Virus record (IMG/VR): IMGVR_UViG_2974508059_000001
Coordinates: 160,001 to 224,000 of that record
Length of the DNA stretch: 64,000 nucleotides
Source: a virus
Taxonomy: Duplodnaviria > Caudoviricetes
Reading direction: 5' to 3' (one strand)
Positions 27,719 through 37,211 of the stretch are shown in pieces. Within the stretch, counting starts at the first letter, position 1, and each line of letters begins with the position of its first letter. Position numbers and translations under genes: made by a program. Under the pieces are notes generated by a model, which saw only the letters and a list, made by a program, of their open reading frames with translations, was not told where the DNA came from and searched no databases.

Positions 27719-28396
27719 ATGAAATTGTACCTAAATCTGACTACCGATGAAAACCGTAAAGTTTGGCCTGCTCTGATGATGTCGATGTACGACGATGTCG
27801 AGCACATCATTGCCCACCACTACGCCTCTCAGCCAGACAAAGGCCCGCTGATCCGTCAGGCGGCTACCCAAGCGCTGTTACCGATCACCATGGGCATGTC
27901 TCGTTTGCAGGATACTTTGCTGGAATTCCGCTACGATGATATCGACAGTGCTGAAGGTGTTATCGACACCACCATCGATATCTTTACGGCAGATAACAAC
28001 GCAGCACGTATCCGCGATGAGTGGGTAAAAGAAATGCGTGAGCGGACAACGGTACACTTCCAAGACTCTGTCGGTGATGAGCATGTTTTGAATCTCAAGG
28101 AAGAAGAGATTGAAAACTTCATCGAAATGGCGGACGAACGCGTGAAAGAAATTACGGCATCTCTTTGGGCGTCGGTATCGAAGCAGATCAAATCGATTAC
28201 CATGCGTTTCACACCACACACTCACTTCCCCGCCACCGGCCGGGCAGTTGGGCGGGATGTTCCAAATACCCAGAACGCGCCAAGTGAAAGCGGTGTCGAC
28301 ATTCATCTGGATGACTCCAATGTCGATCTCGAGCTGACCCCTCCTGCTGCTGACGCGGTTGAAAAGCTGAAAGAAGAGCTGAATAAGGACGACTAA
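27719..28396 (+). CDS. Helical acidic protein, array member (MKLYLNL)
   Basis: AAGGA SD. Confidence 0.8.
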   Translation: MKLYLNLTTDENRKVWPALMMSMYDDVEHIIAHHYASQPDKGPLIRQAATQALLPITMGMSRLQDTLLEFRYDDIDSAEGVIDTTIDIFTADNNAARIRDEWVKEMRERTTVHFQDSVGDEHVLNLKEEEIENFIEMADERVKEITASLWASVSKQIKSITMRFTPHTHFPATGRAVGRDVPNTQNAPSESGVDIHLDDSNVDLELTPPAADAVEKLKEELNKDD

Positions 28397-28869
28397 TGCG
28401 CATCTATATCTCGTTTGATACCGATGATGTCCTAAAGACCATTGGTGAATTGCGTCGAGATATCGTGGTGTTCGGCCGTCAGTTTCTGATTGACGCCATG
28501 CAAGAGGAGCCGGCCTCACTTAAAGAGTACGATGACTTCGACTTCATCAATAGGCTGTCTGTGGCGTTGGCTTCAGGCTGGACAGAGTTTCTGGAAGCGG
28601 TGCAGCACAAGCTGTGGCTGCTCGATGAAAAGACGCTTGATAGCGGGGACAGCTTAGACTGGTGCGTGAAAGAGTTCACGCCCATCTTTGAAGGAACCCC
28701 ACCTACCATGCGTCGGAACGTCTTAGCGCTGAACTGTCCGGTTTACGACATCATGGTCATGGAGTTGCTTACTGAACGTGCCGAGGCGGGTTATCGTGAC
28801 ATGCTTAATACGCTCACTGCTGAGTTGGAGCAAGTCTTCGAAAAGGCGTGGCAGCTCTTTAAGAAATAA
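28396..28869 (+). CDS. Helical acidic protein, array member (MRIYISF)
   Basis: TAATG coupling. Confidence 0.8.
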   Translation: MRIYISFDTDDVLKTIGELRRDIVVFGRQFLIDAMQEEPASLKEYDDFDFINRLSVALASGWTEFLEAVQHKLWLLDEKTLDSGDSLDWCVKEFTPIFEGTPPTMRRNVLALNCPVYDIMVMELLTERAEAGYRDMLNTLTAELEQVFEKAWQLFKK

Positions 28870-28877
28870 GGAGGGTT

Positions 28878-29354
28878 ATGGTAATTTACATTGACACTGC
28901 ATCTCCTAAAGTGAAGAAGCGGCTCTTTGGGCATCTGGAGAAACTCCACGACAAACTTTGCCAGAAGATGCTGAAGGCGATGCCGTTTGAGGAGTTCGCA
29001 AAAGGAAAACCCCACACTCGCATTAACAACACGGTGTCGCGCTGGATACGCATTTTAGCGGAGCCCTACAGTCGGGTGCTCACTGGACAACCGCTGAAGG
29101 TAGGGGTTAGTGATTGCACCGCCAAGCGCGTCGAGGAATTCTGGGCGGCTTTCTGGGGCATGGGTGAGGACATCTTGAGTAATATCATGGAAGAGGTCCG
29201 GGAGGGCAAGTTGAACTTCTCCACGCTTTTTAATGAGCAGGAGAAGAAAGACGTTGCCGCCCTGATAAGGCATACCCAAGCCGACATGCAGGGGACGTTG
29301 GAGGGCTTGATAAACCAACAGGTCAATGCGTCGCTGCGACTTGTGGAAAGGTAA
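28878..29354 (+). CDS. Helical protein, array member (MVIYIDT)
   Basis: GAGG SD. Confidence 0.8.
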   Translation: MVIYIDTASPKVKKRLFGHLEKLHDKLCQKMLKAMPFEEFAKGKPHTRINNTVSRWIRILAEPYSRVLTGQPLKVGVSDCTAKRVEEFWAAFWGMGEDILSNIMEEVREGKLNFSTLFNEQEKKDVAALIRHTQADMQGTLEGLINQQVNASLRLVER

Positions 29355-29357
29355 CGG

Positions 29358-29852
29358 ATGCGCATTTACGTAGACATGAACACCACCAACATCTACGACG
29401 CCTTCTCCATCGGTTTCGAAGGTATGCTGGAACGCACACTGGAGTACCACCGGATGTTGGTCTCGGGGCATGAGAATGAACGCGTCAGAGAAAACGCTGA
29501 CTACTTCAAATCGAAAGCCTACGAGGGTCACCTCTCTGCACTGCTGTTAAAAGGGTTTGGGCATTTCCATACCCTCATCAATTCACAGTTGGTGTGTTTC
29601 AACACCGAACTCACACGGGTGTCGCAAGATGACCCGGTGACGCGGTTGATGAATACCTGTACCGCAGATGTGGTGGGTGAACTGGTGAATTTCCCCGATG
29701 GGACGAAGCTTGAGTACGCGCTCTTTGACGAGGCGGTGATGGATGACCTGTACGTGGAACTGGAAGCGTTTCGCGAAGAGCTCATCCGTATCGTTAATGC
29801 CGAAGTCAACGACGCGCTCAAAGCCGCTATCCTCATTGTGAAAAATAAATAA
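29358..29852 (+). CDS. Helical acidic protein, array member (MRIYVDM)
   Basis: AAGGT SD. Confidence 0.8.
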   Translation: MRIYVDMNTTNIYDAFSIGFEGMLERTLEYHRMLVSGHENERVRENADYFKSKAYEGHLSALLLKGFGHFHTLINSQLVCFNTELTRVSQDDPVTRLMNTCTADVVGELVNFPDGTKLEYALFDEAVMDDLYVELEAFREELIRIVNAEVNDALKAAILIVKNK

Positions 29853-29896
29853 AAGTCACCCTACTCCGAGTGGAGTAGGGTACTTCTTCTTATCTT
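29847..29896. terminator. Bidirectional terminator
   Basis: CCCTACTCC-GAGT-GGAGTAGGG with A-rich and T-rich flanks. Confidence 0.85.
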
Positions 29897-30652
29897 TTAT
29901 TTTTTGCCTTCACGCAACAGTTTCAAACGATCGGCGGTGGCGTTCAACGCTTCCAGCAGTTCGTTGGTTTGTTTCATGAAGAGACCGAACAGCTCAACCC
30001 AGTTAGAGGCCATGTCGAGTGCCAGTGTGAGTTGCTCAACCACCTGCGGATGCACCTCTTGGTCAGCCAGTGCGTCTGCAGAAGCCCCGATAGAGTCAAC
30101 CAGGCGGGTAACGTCTTTGCGAAGCTTCTTGCTGATGTCCGCACGCAGGGCACGGGCACGGTTGAAGGTGGCGTCGATTTCACTGGCGCTGTGATACGTC
30201 TTTTCAATCGGACGCTGGTCAACGACCGCGTTGCTGTAGGACTGGGCGAGCTTTGCCACCAAGTCCTGTGGCTCGATGTTCTTCAGCGGGTATTTGAAGT
30301 CCTTGAAGCGAAAGCCCACAGGCAGGGTCAGCATCCCTTTCTGGTGCGTCATGCCGGCCAGCAACTTATCAATCGGTTGCAGCACACCCGGCAGGATATC
30401 TTGCAGCACATCCCACACAGACTCCAGACGCTGAAGGTGGTCCATCACGTAGGTGTTGAAACCCGGTGGCACCGGTACCAGCATACCTTGGAAGTTCAGG
30501 AACTTCTCTTTCTGCATCCAGTTCGCCATGTTCGACATGTCGTCGTACGTGGTCAGGGCCAGCTCTTGGTCGTTGTTGGTAAAACCTTTGGGTAAAATAA
30601 CCGACGCTTTGGAAGCAAATGCTTGGAGCGCGGCGATGGGATTCAGTGTCAT
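29897..30652 (-). CDS. Probable virion (head) protein, phiKZ gp153-like by position
   Basis: 251 aa helical; divergent from uvsX as recalled for phiKZ-like phages. Confidence 0.55.
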   Translation of the reverse strand: MTLNPIAALQAFASKASVILPKGFTNNDQELALTTYDDMSNMANWMQKEKFLNFQGMLVPVPPGFNTYVMDHLQRLESVWDVLQDILPGVLQPIDKLLAGMTHQKGMLTLPVGFRFKDFKYPLKNIEPQDLVAKLAQSYSNAVVDQRPIEKTYHSASEIDATFNRARALRADISKKLRKDVTRLVDSIGASADALADQEVHPQVVEQLTLALDMASNWVELFGLFMKQTNELLEALNATADRLKLLREGKK

Positions 30653-30694
30653 TATACTTCCTCGGAGACGGGTGATTGGGCTACATACTAAGTC

Positions 30695-30720
30695 TTTTTA
30701 CGTGTCGCCGTGTCTTTATG
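30695..30720 (+). promoter_or_regulatory. Putative middle promoter TTTTTAC-N15-TATG
   Basis: TTTTTAC GTGTCGCCGTGTCTT TATG upstream of uvsX. Confidence 0.65.
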
Positions 30721-30753
30721 TAGAACACAAACCTAATAAACACGGAGCTTTCG

Positions 30754-32244
30754 ATGGCAGGTCCAGCTAACCAAGTAGTGGGTGAGGTAATCCGCCCTCG
30801 CTTTAACGTCTATACCATCATGGACCACGCTTTAGGTGGTTACGAACGCGGTTCGGATGGTCTGTATTACCTCAATGGTGGCTTTGCACACATCATGGGC
30901 TTCTCAGGTCGTGGTAACAGCTTTAAGAGTACGTTGCTCGACTTCTGTATCTTCCAAATAATGTTGCGCTACCGTGCAGCGTGGGGCTCTAAATACGACA
31001 CCGAAGTTTCGGCGGCATTAGACCGTCTGGAAACCGGCTACCGTTCCGCCCAGCGTGCATCCGGTATCGAAGATGGCACCAGTGTGCTGTCCATGATTGA
31101 CGAAGGTCGTTATAACTTCGTGGCGTCTGATATGTTGCCGGGTGAGCAGTATTACTCCGAATACATCCGTAAAGAAATCGAGAAGCGCTTCGCCGATTAC
31201 GTCAAGAAGAAAGACGTGCGTGAGTCGCCGTTCCCAGACCCGGTTCGTCGTCAGAACAAAATGATGCTCGACCCGTGGTTCTATACCATCGATTCCCTGT
31301 CTGAATTCCACACGTCTGATATCGAAGGCAAACACGCCAAGACCGACGTGGGTGATTCCGATCAGAACATCCTGAACGCCCACGACTCCCTGCAGAAATC
31401 GAACATGATGGGACGTTGGCCATCTGGTCTGGCACGCGGTCACATGTACATGGGCTTCGTTGTGCATCTGGCCGATGACATGGGCGGAGCCATGAAGAAC
31501 GGCGGTAAGCCGTCTGCGGATAAACTGCTGGACGATATCTCCGGCGAGTTGAAATTCTCGAACGTTCCACGTCGTGCGATTTCCTTCTTAACGAACAGCC
31601 TGATTGTTGCCACCAAAACCGGTGAGCTGAAAGCAGACAGTTCGTACGATGCGAAAACCGCGACCAACGAACCGATGTACCCAACGGCCCGTAGCCGTAC
31701 CATGAACTCGTCAGCCAATGACTTGAAACTGGTTCGCTACACGCAGTTCCGTGCCAAGGGTGGTCCAACCGGTGTTAAGTTTGAGCTTATCTTCTCGCAG
31801 TCGCTGGGCTTCTTCTATCACTTATCCCTGTGGCATTACATCTCTAAAACGCTGAGCACCGACTACGGTTACACCCGTACAGGCGCTAACTATGAGCTCC
31901 ACATCTTACCGGGTGTTAAGTTCATGCGTACCACGATTCGCGACATGATTGATGAGAACCCGCGTCTGCGTCGTGCGTTAGAGATTACTGCGGCCATGGC
32001 TTACATGCGTAACAACTTCCACACGCTGGAACTGAAGTACGCTGATGTGACGCCTGACCTGTTGTACAAAGCCATTGCTGATAAAGGATGGGACTGGGAC
32101 GAAATCATGGACAAGACAGTGGAATTCTGGATGTTCAAAGACCAAGAAGAGAAGGGCGGGAAACGCACGCTGACAGCTATGTCCTTACTGGCCATGGCAG
32201 TTGATGATGATTGTGTTCCTAAATTCCTGACTCGCAAAAAGTAA
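30754..32244 (+). CDS. uvsX: UvsX/RecA-like recombinase
   Basis: Walker A GRGNSFKST, YDTE, Walker B TIDSLS. Confidence 0.8.
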   Translation: MAGPANQVVGEVIRPRFNVYTIMDHALGGYERGSDGLYYLNGGFAHIMGFSGRGNSFKSTLLDFCIFQIMLRYRAAWGSKYDTEVSAALDRLETGYRSAQRASGIEDGTSVLSMIDEGRYNFVASDMLPGEQYYSEYIRKEIEKRFADYVKKKDVRESPFPDPVRRQNKMMLDPWFYTIDSLSEFHTSDIEGKHAKTDVGDSDQNILNAHDSLQKSNMMGRWPSGLARGHMYMGFVVHLADDMGGAMKNGGKPSADKLLDDISGELKFSNVPRRAISFLTNSLIVATKTGELKADSSYDAKTATNEPMYPTARSRTMNSSANDLKLVRYTQFRAKGGPTGVKFELIFSQSLGFFYHLSLWHYISKTLSTDYGYTRTGANYELHILPGVKFMRTTIRDMIDENPRLRRALEITAAMAYMRNNFHTLELKYADVTPDLLYKAIADKGWDWDEIMDKTVEFWMFKDQEEKGGKRTLTAMSLLAMAVDDDCVPKFLTRKK

Positions 32245-32287
32245 CCCTACGCGGGGTGGCGTGTACCACCCCGTATTGGAGGAAACG

Positions 32288-32584
32288 ATGCAGTATCAAC
32301 GAGTCATTATTCAGCGCCTTGAACAGGGCTTGCGTGGCATTGATCCGAATGCTGCCGATGCTCTGGTTGCGCACTTTGCCGCACCTGCGGAATCACTCGG
32401 GACATTTTGTCCTCAGGTGGTTTCCTTTTACCAGAACTTACTGCGCGAACGTGGTATCCCGGATGTCTGGGGTTATCCGTCTGTGCCTGAAAACAACGAA
32501 GCCATCGCGTATTGGATTGAGGACTTAGAGAATACCGCTCTGCCTCACTTGCGTGTTGCCCGTCAGTTTCAAACTGCGTCATGA
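32288..32584 (+). CDS. Hypothetical protein
   Basis: GGAGG SD. Confidence 0.75.
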   Translation: MQYQRVIIQRLEQGLRGIDPNAADALVAHFAAPAESLGTFCPQVVSFYQNLLRERGIPDVWGYPSVPENNEAIAYWIEDLENTALPHLRVARQFQTAS

Positions 32585-33252
32585 AGCTCAACCCAGTACG
32601 TCGCAAGGCGGCGGAGAAATTCATACTGGAATTGCTGAACCTGATTGACACCTCCGGCATCAATGCCAATGCCATGGCGAAAGCCTTTACGCGCATGACC
32701 GATGAAGAGTTTGCCACCATTCCGACCAAGGGTATCCCGATTTACAACCCGGCCGGTAGCAAAGTTCAAATCGACCACATGCGAAACGTAGAGATTGCCA
32801 AAGCGTTGGGCTTGGACATGAACCAGCGTATGTGGTTCACCGACTCCAAAACCGGGCTTAAGCACCGTACTCGACACCCTCACCTTTATTTCCCCGTGCC
32901 TGCTCGTCGTCAGACGCAGATGCAGGAGAAGAAGATGGCGGTGGCGAAGAACGACAAAGTGCGTGACAAGCTTTCCGGTCAGGTGGTCGGCCCATCTAAA
33001 GCCTCTGGGGTCTCTTTCCCCGAAGCGTACGTGATGTTTGCCGATGGTCTTGATGAGACCCTGCAAGAGTTCCTGCACGCGCGCGGTGGTAACGATGCAC
33101 TTCAACGTGCGTTCTACCAATCTATTCGCCAAACCGGCCAAGGTCGTATCCACATTGAAGGGGCTGAGCGTACGAGTGCGAAGAGCACCCGAACGTGGAG
33201 TGCCTACTACAAACAGATGCACATTGGCAACAACCTCGGACGACCCCAATGA
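32581..33252 (+). CDS. Virion RNA polymerase subunit, beta C-terminal part (phiKZ gp149-like)
   Basis: RRQTQMQEKK...RDKLSGQVVGPSKASGVSFPE resembles the RpoB C-terminal region; gene order after uvsX. Confidence 0.75.
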   Translation: MKLNPVRRKAAEKFILELLNLIDTSGINANAMAKAFTRMTDEEFATIPTKGIPIYNPAGSKVQIDHMRNVEIAKALGLDMNQRMWFTDSKTGLKHRTRHPHLYFPVPARRQTQMQEKKMAVAKNDKVRDKLSGQVVGPSKASGVSFPEAYVMFADGLDETLQEFLHARGGNDALQRAFYQSIRQTGQGRIHIEGAERTSAKSTRTWSAYYKQMHIGNNLGRPQ

Positions 33253-33977
33253 AATTAACTCGCCGCATCTTAGCGGACATTGATGTGTTCTTTGATACAC
33301 GACTGGGACATGTCAAGGCCACTCAGCCTGAAAAGCTCGCGCTCTTGGATGAGCAAGCTTACGTGAAGCGTTTTACGGAAGCATGGGCGGCGGTTATTGG
33401 TATTGAAGACTGGGCAACCTCGTACCGGTCACGAACTAAAGCGGCTTTGATGAATGCAGAGCCGACGCCTTTGTTACATGTAATGAAGGATTACATCGAG
33501 CGGGAGCTGTTGACGATTGCACTCTCCTCGCCGATAGAGAAACCTGAACTCACGATTAACCTTTGGCCGTACACGGACTTAACCGAGAGCGAACGTCAAG
33601 CGTTCTTGGACATGTTCCGTAAGTTCTACAGCAGCGTCAAAGTCACACTCGTGTGCGAAAGCTATACGCGCCTAACACCAGGGCGTTTACGTGCGGCATG
33701 GGATGCGTGGTATACGTACGATTGGTTCTTGTGGATTCGACAGAACGTTAGTGAATTCCAGACCTCGCGTATTCCGGATTTCGTGATTAACCGTCCGAGC
33801 CTCTTAACCGATGAGCTCACCGAAGAGACGGTAGCCACAATAAAAAAAGACCGAGCCAACCCCTTTGTGGAGTCGACCCGGTTTATGGCGGAATACGTCA
33901 CGTTAGACGTATTTGATACAGCGCTGTTTAGTCGTCGTCCTCATCAATTGGACGCTGAGAAAACGCCGTCCGCATGA
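33249..33977 (+). CDS. Hypothetical protein with HAD-like N-terminal DxD motif
   Basis: RILADIDVFFDTR; ATGA overlap. Confidence 0.6.
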   Translation: MKLTRRILADIDVFFDTRLGHVKATQPEKLALLDEQAYVKRFTEAWAAVIGIEDWATSYRSRTKAALMNAEPTPLLHVMKDYIERELLTIALSSPIEKPELTINLWPYTDLTESERQAFLDMFRKFYSSVKVTLVCESYTRLTPGRLRAAWDAWYTYDWFLWIRQNVSEFQTSRIPDFVINRPSLLTDELTEETVATIKKDRANPFVESTRFMAEYVTLDVFDTALFSRRPHQLDAEKTPSA

Positions 33978-34401
33978 TTGCCTCGACGTCCACTTGTGAG
34001 CCGACCGGTGACAGTTCTCCGTCTTTGTGTGCCACACTTGGCAGCACAGGGATTACAGGACGGTAACCGGTATCGCCGCCGGGGGCGTCGTGGCGCTGTA
34101 TTTTTGCACCTGCTTTACCTGTGACCCACTGGTTCAGGGTGTTCGCCACATCGCTGCTGATTTCGTTGGCCTTCTGTGCTGTGGCAATACGGCGCATGGT
34201 CAGGATTTGTTTGTCCATCCCGTCCGCCAATTTTGCCAGCGAGTTGACCGCCTTGGGATCAGTACCCAAGTCTTTGATGTTCATTACCTGATTCAACGCA
34301 AACATACGCGCCAGTTGTGTAAAGCGGAGCGCATCGTCCTCGTTAGTAATGTCACCATTAAAGCCGACAATCACCTCGGCAGGGGTTTCTTCTCCGCTCA
34401 T
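33928..34401 (-). CDS. Hypothetical protein (possibly virion)
   Basis: GAGG SD before MSGEETPAE; acidic C-terminus. Confidence 0.7.
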   Translation of the reverse strand: MSGEETPAEVIVGFNGDITNEDDALRFTQLARMFALNQVMNIKDLGTDPKAVNSLAKLADGMDKQILTMRRIATAQKANEISSDVANTLNQWVTGKAGAKIQRHDAPGGDTGYRPVIPVLPSVAHKDGELSPVGSQVDVEAIMRTAFSQRPIDEDDD

Positions 34402-34425
34402 CGCGTACCTCTTCAATCAGGTTTC

Positions 34426-34445
34426 AGATAGATGTTATCAAAGTG
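34426..34445 (+). promoter_or_regulatory. Putative early promoter
   Basis: AGATAGATGTTATCAAAGTG. Confidence 0.65.
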
Positions 34446-34488
34446 AGATATATCACACTGAGGTAATTATGTTTTAGGAAAATTGACC

Positions 34489-35013
34489 ATGTTAAACTGG
34501 CTTTCGCGTGTTATTAAATCAAAGGCTTTTAAACGCCGCAGAAGCATGTTAGAGGCCGAGTACCATAAGAATACCCCTAACAGGCTGAACCGGGTACTGA
34601 TAGGCTTAGAATTGCTTACAGCCCCGCTTGAGTATAATGGCAATGCGTACCTGCCGCTGTCGCTGCAAGGTACCCTTGACATGCGTACTCAAACCATGGA
34701 CATCCTCACGGCCCGCCTTGAGTTCTTGTACATGGAGTATAACCGTGTGTTGGCGTCACCGGGTTCGTACCCGGAATGGTCTACCCTGCCGTCGAGCTTG
34801 TCAAAGAAACTTGACACCGATGAACAGAAATGGCTCGATGATTATTTTCAGACAGCACGTGAAGACGTGGTGCGTGAGAAACTCATTCGGCCGTGGGTAA
34901 TCCTCACCTCGTTCAAAGAGAATGAAAGTGAGAGCCCAGAACGGGATGTGTTTTTGAACCAAACATCACACATCCTGCGCGAGTTAGAAACCATAGTGGA
35001 ACACTATCTCTAA
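34489..35013 (+). CDS. Hypothetical protein
   Basis: AGGA SD, 174 aa. Confidence 0.75.
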   Translation: MLNWLSRVIKSKAFKRRRSMLEAEYHKNTPNRLNRVLIGLELLTAPLEYNGNAYLPLSLQGTLDMRTQTMDILTARLEFLYMEYNRVLASPGSYPEWSTLPSSLSKKLDTDEQKWLDDYFQTAREDVVREKLIRPWVILTSFKENESESPERDVFLNQTSHILRELETIVEHYL

Positions 35014-35047
35014 CTTAATCCATCCGCTCCTTGGAACAAGGTGTAAA

Positions 35048-35875
35048 ATGGGAAAGATATCAGACTTTATCCTTAACGGGCCACCGGAAGATACCCCTGC
35101 GGGTGTTGAGCTTCGGTCGGCTTACTGGAAGCTTGTTAACCTTATGCCGATATCCCATTCGGACTGGAAGATACTCGCACAGCAATACGTCGAGAGTCCC
35201 CAGTACGTTGGGAAGTCAACCGCTGAACCCCGCGAACGTTTAGGTCGACTGGCGAATGCCTTGTCGGGCGGTAACGTCAAAGGGCTGAGTGTTGACTTTA
35301 CGTGGAAACGTTTCATCGAAGGCTTGGTGCTGGTTAATGTGGAAACACTGACCATGTCCATCAAAACCTACCGGGGACGTTTCGAAGACGCACGACTGGC
35401 CAAAGGTTACTGTCATCCGCAACGTGACTTATTACGCACTCTTAACGGTGAAGATGATGAGGACTTGCGAGGCAGCGCTTCTGATGCGTTGAACCTTTAC
35501 TTTCAGAACACGCAACAGACCGCTGAGCAGGTCATGGAGCATATTCTGTTAAAGGTCTTGTGGTCGTTGTTTGCGGCGTATGGTATCACGGAGTCGCAGT
35601 GGCGACAGCTCGTGGCCAAGTACGTGAACAACCCACAGAACTGTCCACAGATTACCAGCCGACGAAGTGACCGTCGGCATAACCTGCAACAGTCTATTCG
35701 CCACACCAAGAAGCTCAGCTGGAAACGTTTCTTAGAAGCGCTGAAAGCTATCGATGTGCGGAAGTTCGAATGCACATTCTTAACCCACGTGCCGGGACAA
35801 CCGGATGTGGAAGTTTACTTCGAGGTTGACATCACCACACTGTCTTTCAGGAGTAATAAGAATGAACCCGAGTGA
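35048..35875 (+). CDS. Protein with internally duplicated domain
   Basis: Two copies of W..L...YV..PQ...[TS]WKRF[IL]E[GA]L...V. Confidence 0.8.
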   Translation: MGKISDFILNGPPEDTPAGVELRSAYWKLVNLMPISHSDWKILAQQYVESPQYVGKSTAEPRERLGRLANALSGGNVKGLSVDFTWKRFIEGLVLVNVETLTMSIKTYRGRFEDARLAKGYCHPQRDLLRTLNGEDDEDLRGSASDALNLYFQNTQQTAEQVMEHILLKVLWSLFAAYGITESQWRQLVAKYVNNPQNCPQITSRRSDRRHNLQQSIRHTKKLSWKRFLEALKAIDVRKFECTFLTHVPGQPDVEVYFEVDITTLSFRSNKNEPE

Positions 35876-37202
35876 TTCGAGTTTAACGGGGCGGATCTCC
35901 AAAGTGCAATCCGCCGCCACCGATCGTGTCAATCAGGTGGGCAACGCTGCGGACCGTGTGCAGCAAGGTGCTCAGCAGGCGGTCTCCCGCGTCACCAATA
36001 CCGTTGACAGTGCCGAACGTGGCATTAAGAATGCGGCCGACACAGCGACTGGACTTTATGACAAAGCAGGCGAAACGTTTAATAAACTCAGCGATGGGGC
36101 ATCGACACTGGGGTCGAAAATCGGCAATCTCTTTGGCGGTGGGGACATCGCTAGCACTGGCGGGACTAAGACCGCCGGGTCTGGACCCAGTGGTGCATCT
36201 CCGGGAAATAAAATCCCCGGATTCGCATCTGACCCGAAGAAAGTCCTCCCCAGTATTGACCCGTTAAAGCGTGAAGTCGAAAAGCCGTTTGAGGCGGCGA
36301 ATAGCCAGGCGAAGAGTGCTCTGGATTACCTTAAGCCCAGCAAAATCTCCAGCTTGCTTGGCGAAGGCTTTAGCACCCTTACCACCTTGCGTGATAAAGG
36401 ATTGGCGGCAGTCGGCACCGACTACGCGTCAGTGAAATCCCGCATTGAACAAACCATGAACATGGCCGGTCAAATCTCACGTCTCCCCGGAGAAGTGCAG
36501 CAAGAGATTAACGGCTACGTGAGTGATTTCAATCAGGCGAAGTATCAGGTGCAGTCCGTTGTCGATGGTGCCAAGCAGACGTTCAACTCCTACAAGGACT
36601 TGGATGACTATCTGGCGATTGACAACTTCATCAACAGCTTCAAAAGCTCGAGCTCAGATTCCGGCTACGGGGGTTCGTATTCCGTACGGGACGTGGGCAC
36701 GACCACGGCCTTGGTGTATGGCTTGTCCAGTAAACTGGCGACCTACAACTTGCCACAGAAGATCACCCCAATGGTTGAGTCCATTGCAGACCCTGCGATT
36801 CAGGCACAGATGTACCGTGAGTTAACGGTGCAATCCTCAGCCTTGGGCAGTCTGACCTCGGTGGAATTCTACGTCTCGAAACTCACCGAGAGTGACAAGG
36901 CGTTGATTTCTGCAGAAGTGATTGTGAACCTGTTGATGAATCTACAGACAGAAACCAACCCACCGTTTAAGAGTTACGGTACCCGGTTGCTGTCCCTATT
37001 CACCGCATTGGATAGTCGCTGGGATAAATCTGATGTGGTTGGCCAAACGGATTCGATTGAGCTCTACCCGTACACCTTCTGTAACGTGAATGCTATTCAG
37101 TCGTTGTTGACCACTGAGAAGCGTCCGTTTGTGTGTGCAGCCGGTGACCTCAGTTACCAACGTGCCGACACATTAGTTAACCGCTTCTTTCCTGTCTTTT
37201 AG
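35862..37202 (+). CDS. Probable virion protein with low-complexity helical N-terminus
   Basis: AGGAG SD; Ala/Ser/Gly-rich N-terminal region. Confidence 0.6.
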   Translation: MNPSDSSLTGRISKVQSAATDRVNQVGNAADRVQQGAQQAVSRVTNTVDSAERGIKNAADTATGLYDKAGETFNKLSDGASTLGSKIGNLFGGGDIASTGGTKTAGSGPSGASPGNKIPGFASDPKKVLPSIDPLKREVEKPFEAANSQAKSALDYLKPSKISSLLGEGFSTLTTLRDKGLAAVGTDYASVKSRIEQTMNMAGQISRLPGEVQQEINGYVSDFNQAKYQVQSVVDGAKQTFNSYKDLDDYLAIDNFINSFKSSSSDSGYGGSYSVRDVGTTTALVYGLSSKLATYNLPQKITPMVESIADPAIQAQMYRELTVQSSALGSLTSVEFYVSKLTESDKALISAEVIVNLLMNLQTETNPPFKSYGTRLLSLFTALDSRWDKSDVVGQTDSIELYPYTFCNVNAIQSLLTTEKRPFVCAAGDLSYQRADTLVNRFFPVF

Positions 37203-37211
37203 GATACGTAG

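Noticed and set aside
1355-34445. Recurrent 20-bp motif as CRISPR repeat
   Set aside because: Copies are kilobases apart, each upstream of genes, with no spacer array or cas genes
34469-34477. GAGGT-preceded minigene ATG TTT TAG before gene 34489
   Set aside because: Too short to distinguish from chance without ribosome profiling
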